A stretch of 64,000 nucleotides of DNA from NCBI RefSeq assembly GCF_009914755.1, contig NC_060936.1, one strand, 5' to 3'. Below are positions 40,275 through 56,302 of this stretch, piece after piece. The translations under genes were made by a program, and so were the position numbers. The notes under the pieces are model-generated. The model had not been told where the DNA came from. It ran no database searches and saw nothing but the letters and a program-made list of their open reading frames with translations. Each line of letters begins with the position of its first letter. Position 1 is the first letter of the stretch. This stretch comes from the human T2T-CHM13v2.0 reference genome, Homo sapiens.

Positions 40275-41990
40275 ATTTTTAAAAATAACTTTATTGAAGT
40301 CTAATTCACATCTCATACACTTTATTCATTTAAAGCATACCATTCCCTGGCATTTAGTATGTTCACAGAGTTGTGCAACCATCACCTGCTGAGACCAGCT
40401 TGGTCGGGGAGACCCTAACCCAGCGGCACTAGAGGAATTAAAGACACACACACAGAAATATAGAGGTGTGGAGTAGGAAATCAGGGGTCTCACAGCCTTC
40501 AGAGCTGAGAGCCTCGAACAGAGATTTACCCACGTATTTACTGACAGCAAGCCAGTGATAAGCATTGTTTCTATAGATTATAGATTAACTAAAAGTATTC
40601 CTTATGGGGAAACAAAGGGATGGGCCGAAATAAAGGGATGGGCTCTGGCTAGTTATCTGCAGCAGGAGCAAGTCCTTAAGGCACAGATTGCTCATGCTAT
40701 TGTTTGTGGTTTAAGAACGCCTTTAAGCAGTTTTCCACCCTGGGTGGGCCAGGTGTTCCTTGCCCTCATTCCAGTAGACCTACAACCTTCTGGCCGTGGG
40801 CATCACGGCCATCACGAACATGTCACAATGCTGCAGAGATTTTGTTTATGGCCAGTTTTGGGGCCAGTTTATGGCCAGATTTTGGGGGCCTATTCCCAAA
40901 AATCACCACAATCTAATTCCATAATATTTTATCACCCTGAAAAGAAACCTAATACCCATTAGCAGTCACTCCCTTTTCCCCTCTCCCCAGAACCCCTGGC
41001 AACAACTAATCTACTTTCTATCTCTTTGGATTTGCCTGTTGTGGACATCTCACATAAATGGAATCACATCATATGTGGTCTTTTGCTACTGGCTTTTTTC
41101 ACTTTGCGTAATATAATCAGAGTTCATCCACGTTGTAGCATGGATCAGTACTTCATGCATTTTATGGCCAAATAATATTCCATTATATGGATATACCACA
41201 TTTGAGTTGTTTCTACTTTTTGGCTATTATAAATAGTGCTGCTGTGAACATTTATGTACAAGTTTTTGTATAGACATATGTTTTCATTTCTCTTGGGCAT
41301 ATTCCTGGGAGTAGACTTCCCTGGGTCATGTGGTAACTCCATGCTTAACCTTTTGAAGAATTGCCAAATTATTTTCCAGAGTGCCTGTGCTATTTTACCT
41401 TCCCAGGAGTAGTGTTGTGTGAGGTCTCCAGTTTCTCCACATCCTTGCCAATACTTGTTATCTGTCTTTTTTATTTAGCCATCCCAGTGGCTGTACAGGG
41501 GTATCTCACTGTTGTTTTGATTTACAATTCCCTGGTAGTTAGTGATGTTGAACATCTTTTCATGTGCTTATTAACCATTTGTGTATCTTCTTTGGAGAAA
41601 TGTATGTTTAGATCCTTCGTCTACTTTTTAATTGGATGTTTCATCTTTTATGAGAGTTGTGAGTTCTTTATATGCTCTAGATACAAGTCCCTTTTCAGAC
41701 AAGTGATCTCCAGGTGTTTCCTTCTGTTCCATGGGTTGTCTTTTCACTTTCTTGATAGTGTCTTTTGAATCACAAAAGTTTTAAACTTTGAAGAAGCACA
41801 ACTTACCTGTTTTTTTCTTTTGACTCTTGTGCTTTTAGTGTGATAACCTCAGAAATCATTGCCTAACCTGAAATCTCAAAGCTTTACTCCTGTGTTTTCT
41901 TCTAAGAATTTTATAGTTTTAGTTATAAAACTAGCATTTAGGTCTGTGGCTCATTTCATTATTTTTTATATATGGTGTGGGATAGGGACC
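40275..41990 (-). mobile_element. Old L1 (L1MB-like) 3' region interrupted by a solo LTR
   Basis: aactttattgaagtctaattcaca...ctaatctactttctatctctttggatttgcctgtt...gatgttgaacatcttttcatgtgctta. Confidence 0.85.
40387..40901 (-). mobile_element. MER9-type solo LTR (HERV-K HML-3) with 6-bp TSD ATCACC
   Basis: Minus strand begins ttgggaataggcccccaaaatctggccataaactggccccaaaactggccataaac, as in the MER9 consensus I recall; atcacc at 40381 and 40902. Confidence 0.88.
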
Positions 41991-42703
41991 ATTATTTTAT
42001 CTAATAGTATTTATCTTTTTTTGATTATGGAAGCAATACATGCTTATTGTAGAAAACCTAGATAAAGCAGAAAAACATAAAAAAGAAAAAAATTTCTCAT
42101 AATTCTACAACCAGAGATACATTGTTAACTTTATCTGTCCTCAATCTTTTAAAAATGTATCTATATTTGTGTTTATATTTCAAAACATTATACAATATAT
42201 ATACTTATATATAGTATACATACTATAGATACACTACATGTGTATATATTGTGTATCTATAGTGTATATATAGTTTTAAATAAACTGCTTAACTGAATTA
42301 TGAGTTATTGGTGAGTTACCACAGAGTGAACACACCTGGGTAAGCACCACCCAATAGAGAAATCGATTATACCAGCACTCCAAAACCCCCTTTTTTCCCT
42401 CCCTCCCCATCACAAACTCCTTCCTCTTCCATGTATATAGTTTTTCATCTTGCCTTTTTTTAAAGTTCATTGTAGCATGAGCATTCTCTCATGTCAGTAA
42501 AATTTCAAAACTGGTTTTTCATAGCTGCACAGTATGGCATCAGCAACTGGACCATCACTGACTTGTCCATTTCCCCAGTGTATGTCCCCAATTTCAGCCT
42601 TCAGTTTTCTCAGAAATCCCACGCAGAATAATTTCTAGGAATTTGAGCACGTTGGTGGGGTTGTGCTTTTGTTCTGGATGCACACGGAGACCTGTCTGAA
42701 TGA

Positions 42704-42892
<189 letters not shown>

Positions 42893-42985
42893 TAGAAAGT
42901 AAAATGGCTTCTCTGCTTATTTCCACACCTCCCTTTAATTGTTCTTTGGGACCAGTGGCCGTGATAGACACATTTGTGTTAGTAG

Positions 42986-43396
<411 letters not shown>

Positions 43397-43726
43397 TAGA
43401 CAGTTAAAATAGACATGTAAATAAAAATCACATGGAAAATATTCCAGCCTGGCAAACTAGTTAAGTGACTGTTAATGAACATTAGATGTCAGCCTTTAGC
43501 TTCCTGGCAGTCAAGGAGAAAGTGAAAATGTGGTGAATTGCCTGGATAATTCCCATCTCAAGAGAGAAGGGAGGGAGTAGTTAGGTGGGGCTTATATCAG
43601 AGCAGCGCCTGCTTTACCTATTTTACAGTGTTTTCATTGTAGATGGAAGAAAGGGTTTATGAATAGAAGCATTTGAGGCAGAGGCACAGAATTCTCCTTG
43701 CCTAAATTTATTTTAGATAGGAAAAG

Positions 43727-44003
43727 TTTTTTTTGTTTTTTTTTTTTTGAAGACAGGGTCTCACTTTGTCACCCAGGCTGGACTGCAGTGGCACAGTCAT
43801 GGCTCACTGCATCCTCTACCTCCTGGGCTTAGGTGATCCTCCCACCTCAGCCTCCTGAGTAGCTGGGACTACAAGCGCACACTACCACGGCCGACTAATT
43901 TTTGTATTTTTAGTGGAGACGGGGTTTTTCACCATGTTGCCCAGTCTAGTCTCCTTGGGCTCGAACAATCCACACGCCTCAGCCTGCGAGATTACAGACT
44001 TGA
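43727..44003 (-). mobile_element. Alu (AluJ-like)
   Basis: Antisense Alu text. Confidence 0.9.
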
Positions 44004-44342
44004 GATAAAAACTTCCCTGGGGCCAAATTTCATGAGGAGTTTCTGGTGCGAATGTTCACACGAGTGACGTTGACTAACTGGTGAACGTTGAATAACAGCG
44101 ACTTCCCACGACACTCAGATACTCTTCAAAGACCATTTCTTATGTTAACCCTTGATTTTTAAGCATTAATATAATATTAAAATGTAACACTAACTAAATA
44201 TCACCTACCTCTGTGTGCCTAACATTTTACCTGCCACTTCATCCTCATATGGAGAGTAGGGATCATCATTCCAATCTTACAAATGAAGAAACAAGTTTGA
44301 GACATGGGTTGACGGCCACGGCTCACCTTGTCTGTGGCATAG

Positions 44343-44717
<375 letters not shown>

Positions 44718-46247
44718 TGAGTCCCAGATGCAAATCACTGTCTTTCCTGCCTCTCTCCCACCATCTTCTTCTTCCTTCTTTCTTTCTTCCAGCTTGTGGT
44801 GTTTTGTTTCTTATTATAAAAATAATATGTATTCATTATATATTAATAAATTGTGAGTAAGAACAAAAGAGGATAAAAACCAGCCCATTATCCTGTAAAC
44901 CAAAGATAACTTGAGTGAACATCCTGTCAGTTTTCCTATCTAGAAATACTGATCCTTTTTTACAAAATTGAAATCCTATTATTTTGTATTTTGTTCCTTC
45001 CATTCAGTTATGGACCTTATCAATGTTTTTTCTTCTTCACTGTCACTTTTTGACTAGACTGCCATATTTTGGAGATGCTAAAACAAGACAAATGATTCAA
45101 AGGGAATAGAAATCACCCAAAATCCTTTTCAAGAGGTGGAATATAAATTTTTAAAAGTGTAATTATGAACTTAAAAACATGAGAAACACTAGACTAGAAG
45201 AAGGGAGATCAAGTAAGGTGCAGCTTCATGAATTTGAAATATCTACCTGAGCTGAGATAAAGTGGTTTCTGGAGAGGAACCAGCTCTGCTGCCCCAGCTG
45301 TTTTCTTGTTCACATATCTGCTCGAGGCATGGGGTCCCTGGCAGTTACCCTTGCAGCAGAAAACTAAAGGCCTGGGGAGGAAATCCCCAAATTTTTCTTT
45401 TGTTGTACCTGAGTGACATCCCTGGGTCCTATCTAGTTAAAAAGACTCATTGCTAGGGAACAGCCTGCCCCAGCGTGACACCTCAGCCTGAGGAGGATGG
45501 GGCGGAGGTGCTGAGAGTCAGGAGGCTGTGGGAGGTAAGTGAAGGAGAGCAGCACCTCCGCAGACAGCCTGCTCTCCGCTCCACTTCCTCTTCTTGGAGG
45601 GACTTGGACGACTTGCTTTGCCTTGCTTTCCTCATCTGAAACCTGGGGATAATTTTCACCCTCCCTTTGATAGGGCTTTCTAGAAAGATTGAATGAGATA
45701 ATGCATGTGAAGCACCTACCAGCAGGCAGGCCTGGCCGTACTCAGGGGTGGCGGCTATTAACAATATGATGATCAATGTGGGAACCACTAGGAGTCTCAC
45801 CTCACCTTCTTGAGCAGGAAGGTGACAGCAGATTCCAGGAAGTTGAGGGATGCTGAGTGCAGTGTGGAGTCAGGCAAGGAACCCCTGGAATGCAAGGAAA
45901 CACTGAGGAGGCTGCTGAGTCATCTAGATTTGGACCCCCACCACCTGCAAGCCAGCTGTGAGGAGGGAGGCAGTGCAGTGGGTACAAGATTGTTTTTGTC
46001 ACCTGGGTGGTAGCAAGTGTCTTCGAGAAGAGTGTGACTCATGGAGCTTGGGGACCTGGGGAAAGCAGACAAGATGAAGAGTCAATGCCCTTGACGTACC
46101 AGCCCCTCAGCAATGATTTGTTAGTTCCACTTTTTATTTTTGTAATCTTCTTTGCCATGTTGAGTGCCAGGTCCTAGCTACAGCTCCGAGTGGAAGGCCA
46201 TTAGGAACTGTGTGGGCTGGCCCTGGCCCTGCATCAGATGGAACTGA

Positions 46248-46445
<198 letters not shown>

Positions 46446-46544
46446 TGACGGGAGCAGGCCCAACCCTGTAGCTCCACTTGGCTGAAGTACAGCTCCTGTT
46501 TCTTCCTATATGGATGTTCCGCTGTGTTTGTGGGATGCTCTAAC

Positions 46545-46869
46545 TTTGTTTTTGTTGTTATCGTTCTTGTTGTTAGAGACAGAGTCTCACTGTATTGCCC
46601 AGGCTACAGTGCAGTGGCATGATCATAGCTTACTAGCCTCTAACTCCTAGGCTCAGGTGATCCTCCCACGTCAGCCTCCCAAGTATAATAGCTGGGACTA
46701 CAGGCGTGTACTGCCATGCCTGGCTAATTTTTTTTTTTTTTAAATTTTTGTAGAGATGGGGGCCTTACCTTATTGCCCAGGTTTGTTTCCAATTCCTGAC
46801 CTCAAGTGATCCTCCTACCTCAGCCTCCCAAAGTGCTGGGGTGACATATATGAGCCACCATACCTGGCC
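46545..46869 (-). mobile_element. Alu (AluJ-like)
   Basis: Antisense Alu text. Confidence 0.9.
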
Positions 46870-47840
46870 TCCAGCTTGTTCCACAACAATTTTGAGGCTT
46901 GTTAGGTCACTAAGTTCATATATAGCAAAACAAAAAATCCATAAGAATAGAAAACAAGGATTGGGGAAATAGAAATAGGTGAACACAATCAAGATTGGGT
47001 CATAAAAGCATGTCCACACACATATGTTACATTAGGGCCACTGTGGCTACCTGTGAACTTCAGTTTGGCTGTGAACCAACATGAAATGTTTCAGAAACCG
47101 ACATGAAAAGGGGTCTGTGGATGCTTTCTTCTAATTTCTTAGAAGTAGAGCTTTTCTGAGTTCTTAAGAAAATAAATCTCCCATGTGGGACTCCTTATAA
47201 AGGAGCCACTCACTGAACCACAGGCGGGGCTAGCGCTTCAGTGGCTTTCCTATCGCAGGGTCAGTAATGGGTTCCATGGGAAGGTTCTCGTTGCACGCTC
47301 TTATTAAAAGTTATGGAAAGGCCACTAATGCATAATTTGACAGAGTTACCTGCCTGTGGTGGGTTTTCAGGTTCAGGGTGTCTGTTCTTCTACTGAGTGT
47401 GTTGCAAAACTCTGTCTCATAGCTAGCAGTAAGCGTGGGCTCAGCAAATGTGACTCCAGCAGGATATCAATGGGAAGGTTGAAAACAAAGGTAGAATATC
47501 ATTCAAAACCAGGTGTCAGAACTAGAGGTTGTCACGCCTTACTTCCCTCTAAAGGCACAGAAAATAGAGATGTAGCCAGGGCCCCTGCCTTTGCCCCTCT
47601 TTCCCTAATATAGTCCTCTGAATTTTTACCATTGTGGGTTTTGAAATTTGGTGATTTCCAGTATAAGAATCCCATGTAAGATTTGAATATGCCTGGCTTA
47701 TTCTGAGAAATATTTGGGTATTCTGAAGAGATCTTTGGGTTGTACCTAAAAACCTGTTGTTAATGTTTTTCTAATTTATCCCAAAGAAATGCCTTGAATT
47801 GAGTGAGTTGCCCCACTGTCTGGCCTGGCTGTGCATTTAG

Positions 47841-48152
<312 letters not shown>

Positions 48153-49038
48153 TAGCAAAAGTCGATGTTTTTTTCTGGCTTCTTTGACTCTGAAAATAGA
48201 TTCTGAAGGAGGGCATTTTTGAGCTGTTCCTCTTAGAGATTAGTCCACCTCAGTTACATTGCTCATGCTCACCTCAATCATAAGCACTTGCATCTCATTC
48301 CTGTTTTGTGACTCTTACTTTAATTATGAAGTAGAATTTACTTTTAAAAAGTTTCTGTTTTCTGAGTAAAGAAGCAAAAAAGATAGGGTTGCAAAAAAAA
48401 AAGGAAAAAGAAAACCACTTTTAATTCCATAATCCAAAAACAGTCAACTGTGCCTGAGTGTACTGCACATATAAAATAAATATATTTAAATTGAAATATA
48501 CAGCACTATGCTTTCCTTTCCAATAATCATTTTACCATGTCACAAATTCTTCGAAAACCTTATCTTTATTGGCTACATAGTATCTCATCACATGGATATG
48601 CCCAACATTTTCCTTTTTAGCTTAACATGGAGGAAAGTCCCCTCTGTGAGCACAGAATTGGGTATCACAGGCTTTTAGGTTGCAGCACAGTTGTTGTTAT
48701 GAATTGGTCTTACAAGTACAAAAGGCCTTTGTAAACCGTGGAAGCCTTTTATTACATGAAGGATTAAGAGCTTCTCTGCTGCATTTTACATTTTTTAACA
48801 TCATAAATCACTGCTTCTCTTTCACACTTATTTATCCATTCTTCAAATATTTATTGAGCACCCCTGTGTGCCAGGCACTGAGGATACAGAGGTGAAAGAG
48901 AGAGCCAAGTTCTTCGTTCTCAAGGGGATTGTATTCTAGTAGTGGGGAGACTGAAAATAAGCAAGTAAAAAGTAGGGCTCATGTAATGATGGGCACTGTG
49001 AGAATGAAAATGCTGAGAGATGATGTTGGCCTGGGCTA

Positions 49039-49261
49039 CAGCAGGATTTCTCAGCCTTAGCATTATGGATGTCTTGGGCTGGCCCATTCTTTGTCATGAG
49101 GGGCTGTCTTGTGTGTTTTGGGATGTTTAGCAGCCCTGGTCCCTACTCATAGATGCCAGTAGCACCTTCCCAACCAGCGTGACAGCCAAACATATCTTCA
49201 AATTTGGCATTCAGCCAAATGCCCCCTGGGAGGCAAAATCATTCCTGGTTGAAAGCCACTG
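49039..49261. mobile_element. MER20-like element within L2-like sequence
   Basis: ggatttctcagccttagcattatggatgtcttgggctgg...atgccagtagcacc...gccaaatgccccctggg. Confidence 0.78.
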
Positions 49262-49712
49262 GCCTAGTTTAGTAGCAATGGAGATTAAGGCAGGAGGATT
49301 TAGATTTGTTTTAGAGGTAGAAGATATGGGTCTTACTGGTAGCTTGGATTTGGGAGCATGAGGACTGAGGGTTTTAAAGAAGATACCAGGTTGTTGGCCC
49401 AACCACCTGTGTGGATGGTAGCACTGTTTGCTGAGCTGGAGAAGACCGGGGGCAGGGCCTGTGAGGAGTCTGTTGTGTTGTGGCTGTGACAAGGGAAAGG
49501 GGCCTGCTGGGCATGCTGGCAGAGGTGACACTCTGGGAGCATCAGCTGAGGGATGGAGTGTAAAGCCATGGGCTTTCAGCCTAGGGCAGGTTTCCCAAAG
49601 ATGAGCAGAGGGAGGAGAGAAGGGGCAAGACCATACCTGGGGTACCCCAGCGCCTGAGGGTTTGAGCAGCATCTTGAGTGAGAGGAGTTTGGGGTTGTGG
49701 TTTGTGTCCAGC

Positions 49713-49944
49713 TTTTTTTTTTTTTTTCGAGACGGAGTCTCACTCTGTCGCCCAGGCTGTAGTGCAGTAGCGCAATCTCGGCTCAACTGCAGGCTCCGCC
49801 TCCCAGGTTCACGCCATTCTCCTGCCTCAGCCTCCCGAGTAGCTGGGATTACAGGCGCCTGCCACCATGCCCGGCTAATTTTTTTTTTGTATTTTTAGTT
49901 GAGACGGGGTTTCACTGTGTTAGCCAGGATGGTCTCGATCTCCT
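49713..49944 (-). mobile_element. 5'-truncated AluY-like element with TSD tgtgtccagctttt
   Basis: Alu text stops mid left arm; direct repeat on both sides. Confidence 0.92.
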
Positions 49945-51090
49945 GTGTGTCCAGCTTTTTAAATGAGCTCACATTGAAGCTCATTTTCCCAAGTGAGAGA
50001 ATCCAAATATAGGTTTTTTAGTCAACTTGAAAATATACACTTTAAGGATAAAGATAAACTAGTCTAAAGTGTATGTTTGATATTCAGTCTATTTAGCAAC
50101 TTAGATTATAGAAAATAACGCTTGTTTTTAAAATACTGCTGTTTTTCTACTGACAACTTAGGAAGTGTCTGTTTGTGCTCCTCACACACATCTGATAGCA
50201 CTGGCACTGCTGCTGGTCTGTCTGCCATTGCTCTGCCAGGCCCAGTGTCTCCATCTCTGTCTAAATGGCTAGATATGCAGCCCTTGTTGAATCAGTGTGT
50301 GATGCTATGAGCATTCTAGTCTACGCTACATGAGTCCTTTACACAGAACTCGAGGACACTTGCTTTTCTTCTTTTATCCCATAGGAGTATATTTGTGATC
50401 TCCACAGTGTTAACTGTTTCCTCTGTTTCTATTTTAACCTATTTTTGAATTGTGAGAGTTCCACATTCTTGGGTGTGTTTGATATAACATGGACAGTTGA
50501 AAGACTAGTTATGAGTGGGGCACCTATGTCATCACCAACAGATCAAGAAAGTCTTGCTTCTAAAGGCTTCTTTATAACCACATCCTCCTACCCTTGAAAA
50601 TGTGAGGTCTAAGCTCTAGGCATAATCACTAAATTGATACAATTCTTGGCCTCCTTTAGAATTCCTTCAGTTCACCCTCTAAGTATCCTTCAGTAGCTCT
50701 GATGGAGTTCCCCCAACTCCCACTGCTGGCTAATATACCTTCCCCAAACAGTTCTTTATTCAAAACTAAATAATTCAGAGAGTGCCCTATAAGATGAGAG
50801 GTATTGTAAGGGCTCGTATACAAGGTGACTGTGCTTTTCTGAGGAACACACCTTAATGTATATTCAGTGACACATGGCATTTCAGATCCAGCCTTTCTAA
50901 GTCAAGAGATGTGTTATTAGATGTAAACTATACCCGTGATGTGGCCTGTGTGTCTAAGGCCTTGTAGCCATCAGGAAACAAATTTAGAAAGTCCTCTGTG
51001 TCCCCTTTTGCTTCCTCAGGGTTCCATTTTTGTATAGTTCAGAGCATCCTACCACAGTCATTGACTGCATTTCCACTTTTAACATAATAG

Positions 51091-52077
<987 letters not shown>

Positions 52078-52441
52078 TTTAAAGCATAAATGCTAAGTCA
52101 GACCTGAGTTCTATTCCTGGCTCTGACATACAGGCTGTGTGATTTGGGGCCAATTATTTAACCTTTCTGTGCTTCAGTTTCCTCCTGTATAAGATGGGGA
52201 TAACACTGGGCTTCAGAAAATGGAAAGCAAACAATACATACGGAGTGCTTAGAATGGTGCCTGGCACATAGTCAGCACCCACTGACTACTGGCTCTTATC
52301 ATTGTTACTCTCGTGGTGATAATGCTTTTCTCCATAATCCCACCTTCTTTTCACGCACATTAAATGTTCATGGATAGGTTTAAGTGTTTTGTTTCCCCAC
52401 TGGATAGGAGAAATAACAGACCAGGTGGAGTCTCCACCTGA

Positions 52442-52642
<201 letters not shown>

Positions 52643-54149
52643 TAGGTTGACTGCTGTGGGACTGAATTCCTTTCCTAGAATATGGAGAGACCAAAATACA
52701 GTGTCAGTAAGGAAGTAATTGCTAATGTGATTACTGCAAACATTTGGACCTGTGTGGCAGGGCATTGTAAGAACTAGCCATTTACCAAGTGAGCAGTGTG
52801 CAGTAAATGTTCAGCAGTTGTTAGGGTGGGGCCTGGGAGTTAAAAGTTCCCATCCTTTCAAGGAAGCTGATCAGTACCACTGGCTGTGGCTTGGGGTCTC
52901 CTGGAGATGGGTTTAGATCATGGCTCAGCCATTTATTCACTGTGCTAGCTAGATTCCTGGAAAATTCCAAAGTCAGAGCCAGGGTGCAGATCCTTGCTAA
53001 GCAGATCTTGAGACACCCTGGGCAAGGGATCACGGATTCAACCTCTCTGAGACTCAGTTGACTCATCTGTAAATGGGAATGACAATAGCACATACCTTTT
53101 AGGCACATGGTAGGGATTAAAAGACATAATTATTGCAAAGTGCTTATCACAGTCCCTGGCACATAGGATGAGTTCAGTACTTGTTGGCTCTTATTATTAT
53201 CAAGCCGACCCTGAGCAAGTTTCTTAACCTCTTTGAGTCTCTATTTCCTCATTAGAATGAAGAGAATATTACCAGTTCAATAGAGGGTAAGTGAAAAAAA
53301 CAGCGTCAAATACTTAGTGCAGTGCCTGGCACAGAGTGGGAAATTAACAAACATTAGTCCCATTTAGTTCCTTTGGTTTTTAAGCTTATGCATCTTGTGT
53401 GTTTGGTATTCTTTTCATTCCACCTTTTCCCAAAAGGTTGGTGAAGAATTATAAGATACAATGGACCTCAGGCAGTTATGTTCAGGCTGGAAGACTTTAG
53501 CCGGAGAGGATCAGGGACATGTAGGTGGCAGATTGGGTGAGGATCATGGAAGAACTCACTGAGCAGTTGGAGGCAAGAGCAGGGGTCTAGCTGCTGGTGA
53601 AGACATCCTTAATCACTGGATGGGGGTAAGCCAAGAGTGAATCTTATTCTAGTGTATGGAGCAGTGTTAGGAAATGTTCAGATAGAGCTGTGTCTTAAAT
53701 GGCTCATTTATTCATATGTTCTTTCAAACATTTATTCATTTACTCACAAATGCTTACTAAGTACCTGCTAAGTGTCACTAGTATGTGTCTTAGATATCGA
53801 AAAGATTCTGCAGCTTTCCTCAGTAAACATCGACTCTCAGTCAATGTTCCTTCATATGCAGACATGAATAAGGAAGGCGTGAATTGAGGTGTGAATTAAG
53901 AAAGTGTCACAGTCAGATCCTTATGAATAAGAAAAATATAGAGTACAGATTTTTTCTTAATTGTATTTTTTAACTTTTTACTATGGTCGATTTCAAATTA
54001 ATAGAAAGTAGAAAGGATAATATAATGAACCCTCATGTGCCCATTATCAGCTTCAACAGTACCACCTCACAGCCAGTTTTGCTTCATCCAAATGCCCACC
54101 TGCTTTTCTCTCCCACATTATTTTGAAGCAAATCCTAGACATCATATCA

Positions 54150-54342
54150 TTTTTTTCATTTTATTTTTATTTTATTTTACTTTAAGTTCTAGGATACATG
54201 TGCTGAAAGTGCAGGTTTGTTACATAGGTATACATGTGCTGTGGTGGTTTGCTGCACCTGTCACCCCGTCATCTAGGTTTTAAGCTCTACATGCATTAGG
54301 TATTTGTCCTAAGGCTCTCCCTCCCCTTTCCCCCTACCCCTG
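54150..54342 (-). mobile_element. Short L1PA 3' end inserted in an older L1 fragment, TSD atcatatcatttt
   Basis: ttattttactttaagttctaggatacatgtgc...gtgcaggtttgttacataggtatacatgtgc. Confidence 0.85.
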
Positions 54343-54496
54343 ATGATATCATATCATTTTATCTGTAGATTTTACAGTAAGTATCTCTACAAGATAAAGC
54401 TTATTTCTCAACCTCGTTTATTGTCTAGTAAGCAGTACAGATTTTTTTTCTCTTCGCCTTTTTTCAGTGTGGAATTGTGGGTAATTTTCTCTCTGA

Positions 54497-54700
<204 letters not shown>

Positions 54701-55053
54701 TAGCTTTATTGTCTCTCCAAGTTAATAGAAGGTGCACATTTATTCCCACAATTGGAAATTTTCTTTCTTCACTCTCTGTGACTTCTTAAGATAGTGGTGT
54801 GGTTATAGAAGTCTTGCTCTCCCAGGCTCCCTTCAGGATTTGCATGTATGTGTCGAGGATTATTAATGATGATTAATTTTGCCCTGAATCTCCTGTTGAT
54901 TCTTCCATTTGATTTCCGTGAAGATAAAACATGTGCCAGTGCACACTTGAGATGAGAGTCCACCTCCCGAAGTGTCTCCAATTGCTCAGGACAAAGCTCC
55001 TTAGACTTAAAAGGCCCTTCGGATGACACACTAGTGGGAGGCAGCATGAGTGA

Positions 55054-55365
<312 letters not shown>

Positions 55366-55837
55366 TGAGCTCCAGGGGTGAGGAGGGCTCCATGGAAGCC
55401 AGCCTGCTCCGGCACGCTGCCCGAGCACTCAGCTCTCATGTTCTAGGGCAGAGAGGACTTTTTCCCTCTGCTTCATTTTGTCTGTTCATTTGTGTAAAGA
55501 GAGCTGCTGTCCCTGTGAAGCACCTGTCAGGACGCTTCTGTTAAGAGATGTTTACACCAAATATGATTAGAGTTAATTAATGGCAACAGAGCCAGATTAT
55601 ATTTAGCATACATTTCTCATCCAAACTAGGAAGAGGTCTTTTAGCTGAGCTGAGCAACAGAGCATGAGAGTTAAAAGGCAGTTTTTATTAGCAGAATTAC
55701 TAGAGTAAAAACTGCTTTTAGGTTTTTTGGAGAGTAATGGGGTGGGGGAAATCCTCCTATCACAACTGAACATAGGCATGTATCTGCATTTTTATCAATG
55801 AGTTCAAGCTTTATGGCAACTGCTGAAGCTGTGGCAC

Positions 55838-56302
<465 letters not shown>

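Noticed and set aside
41145-42065. ORFs with L1-like peptide text
   Set aside because: Degenerate old L1 fragment, not an intact ORF2
44051-44089. Short inverted repeat aatgttcac...gtgaacgtt in a locally CpG-rich patch
   Set aside because: A 9-bp imperfect stem is expected by chance; no RNA-family motifs
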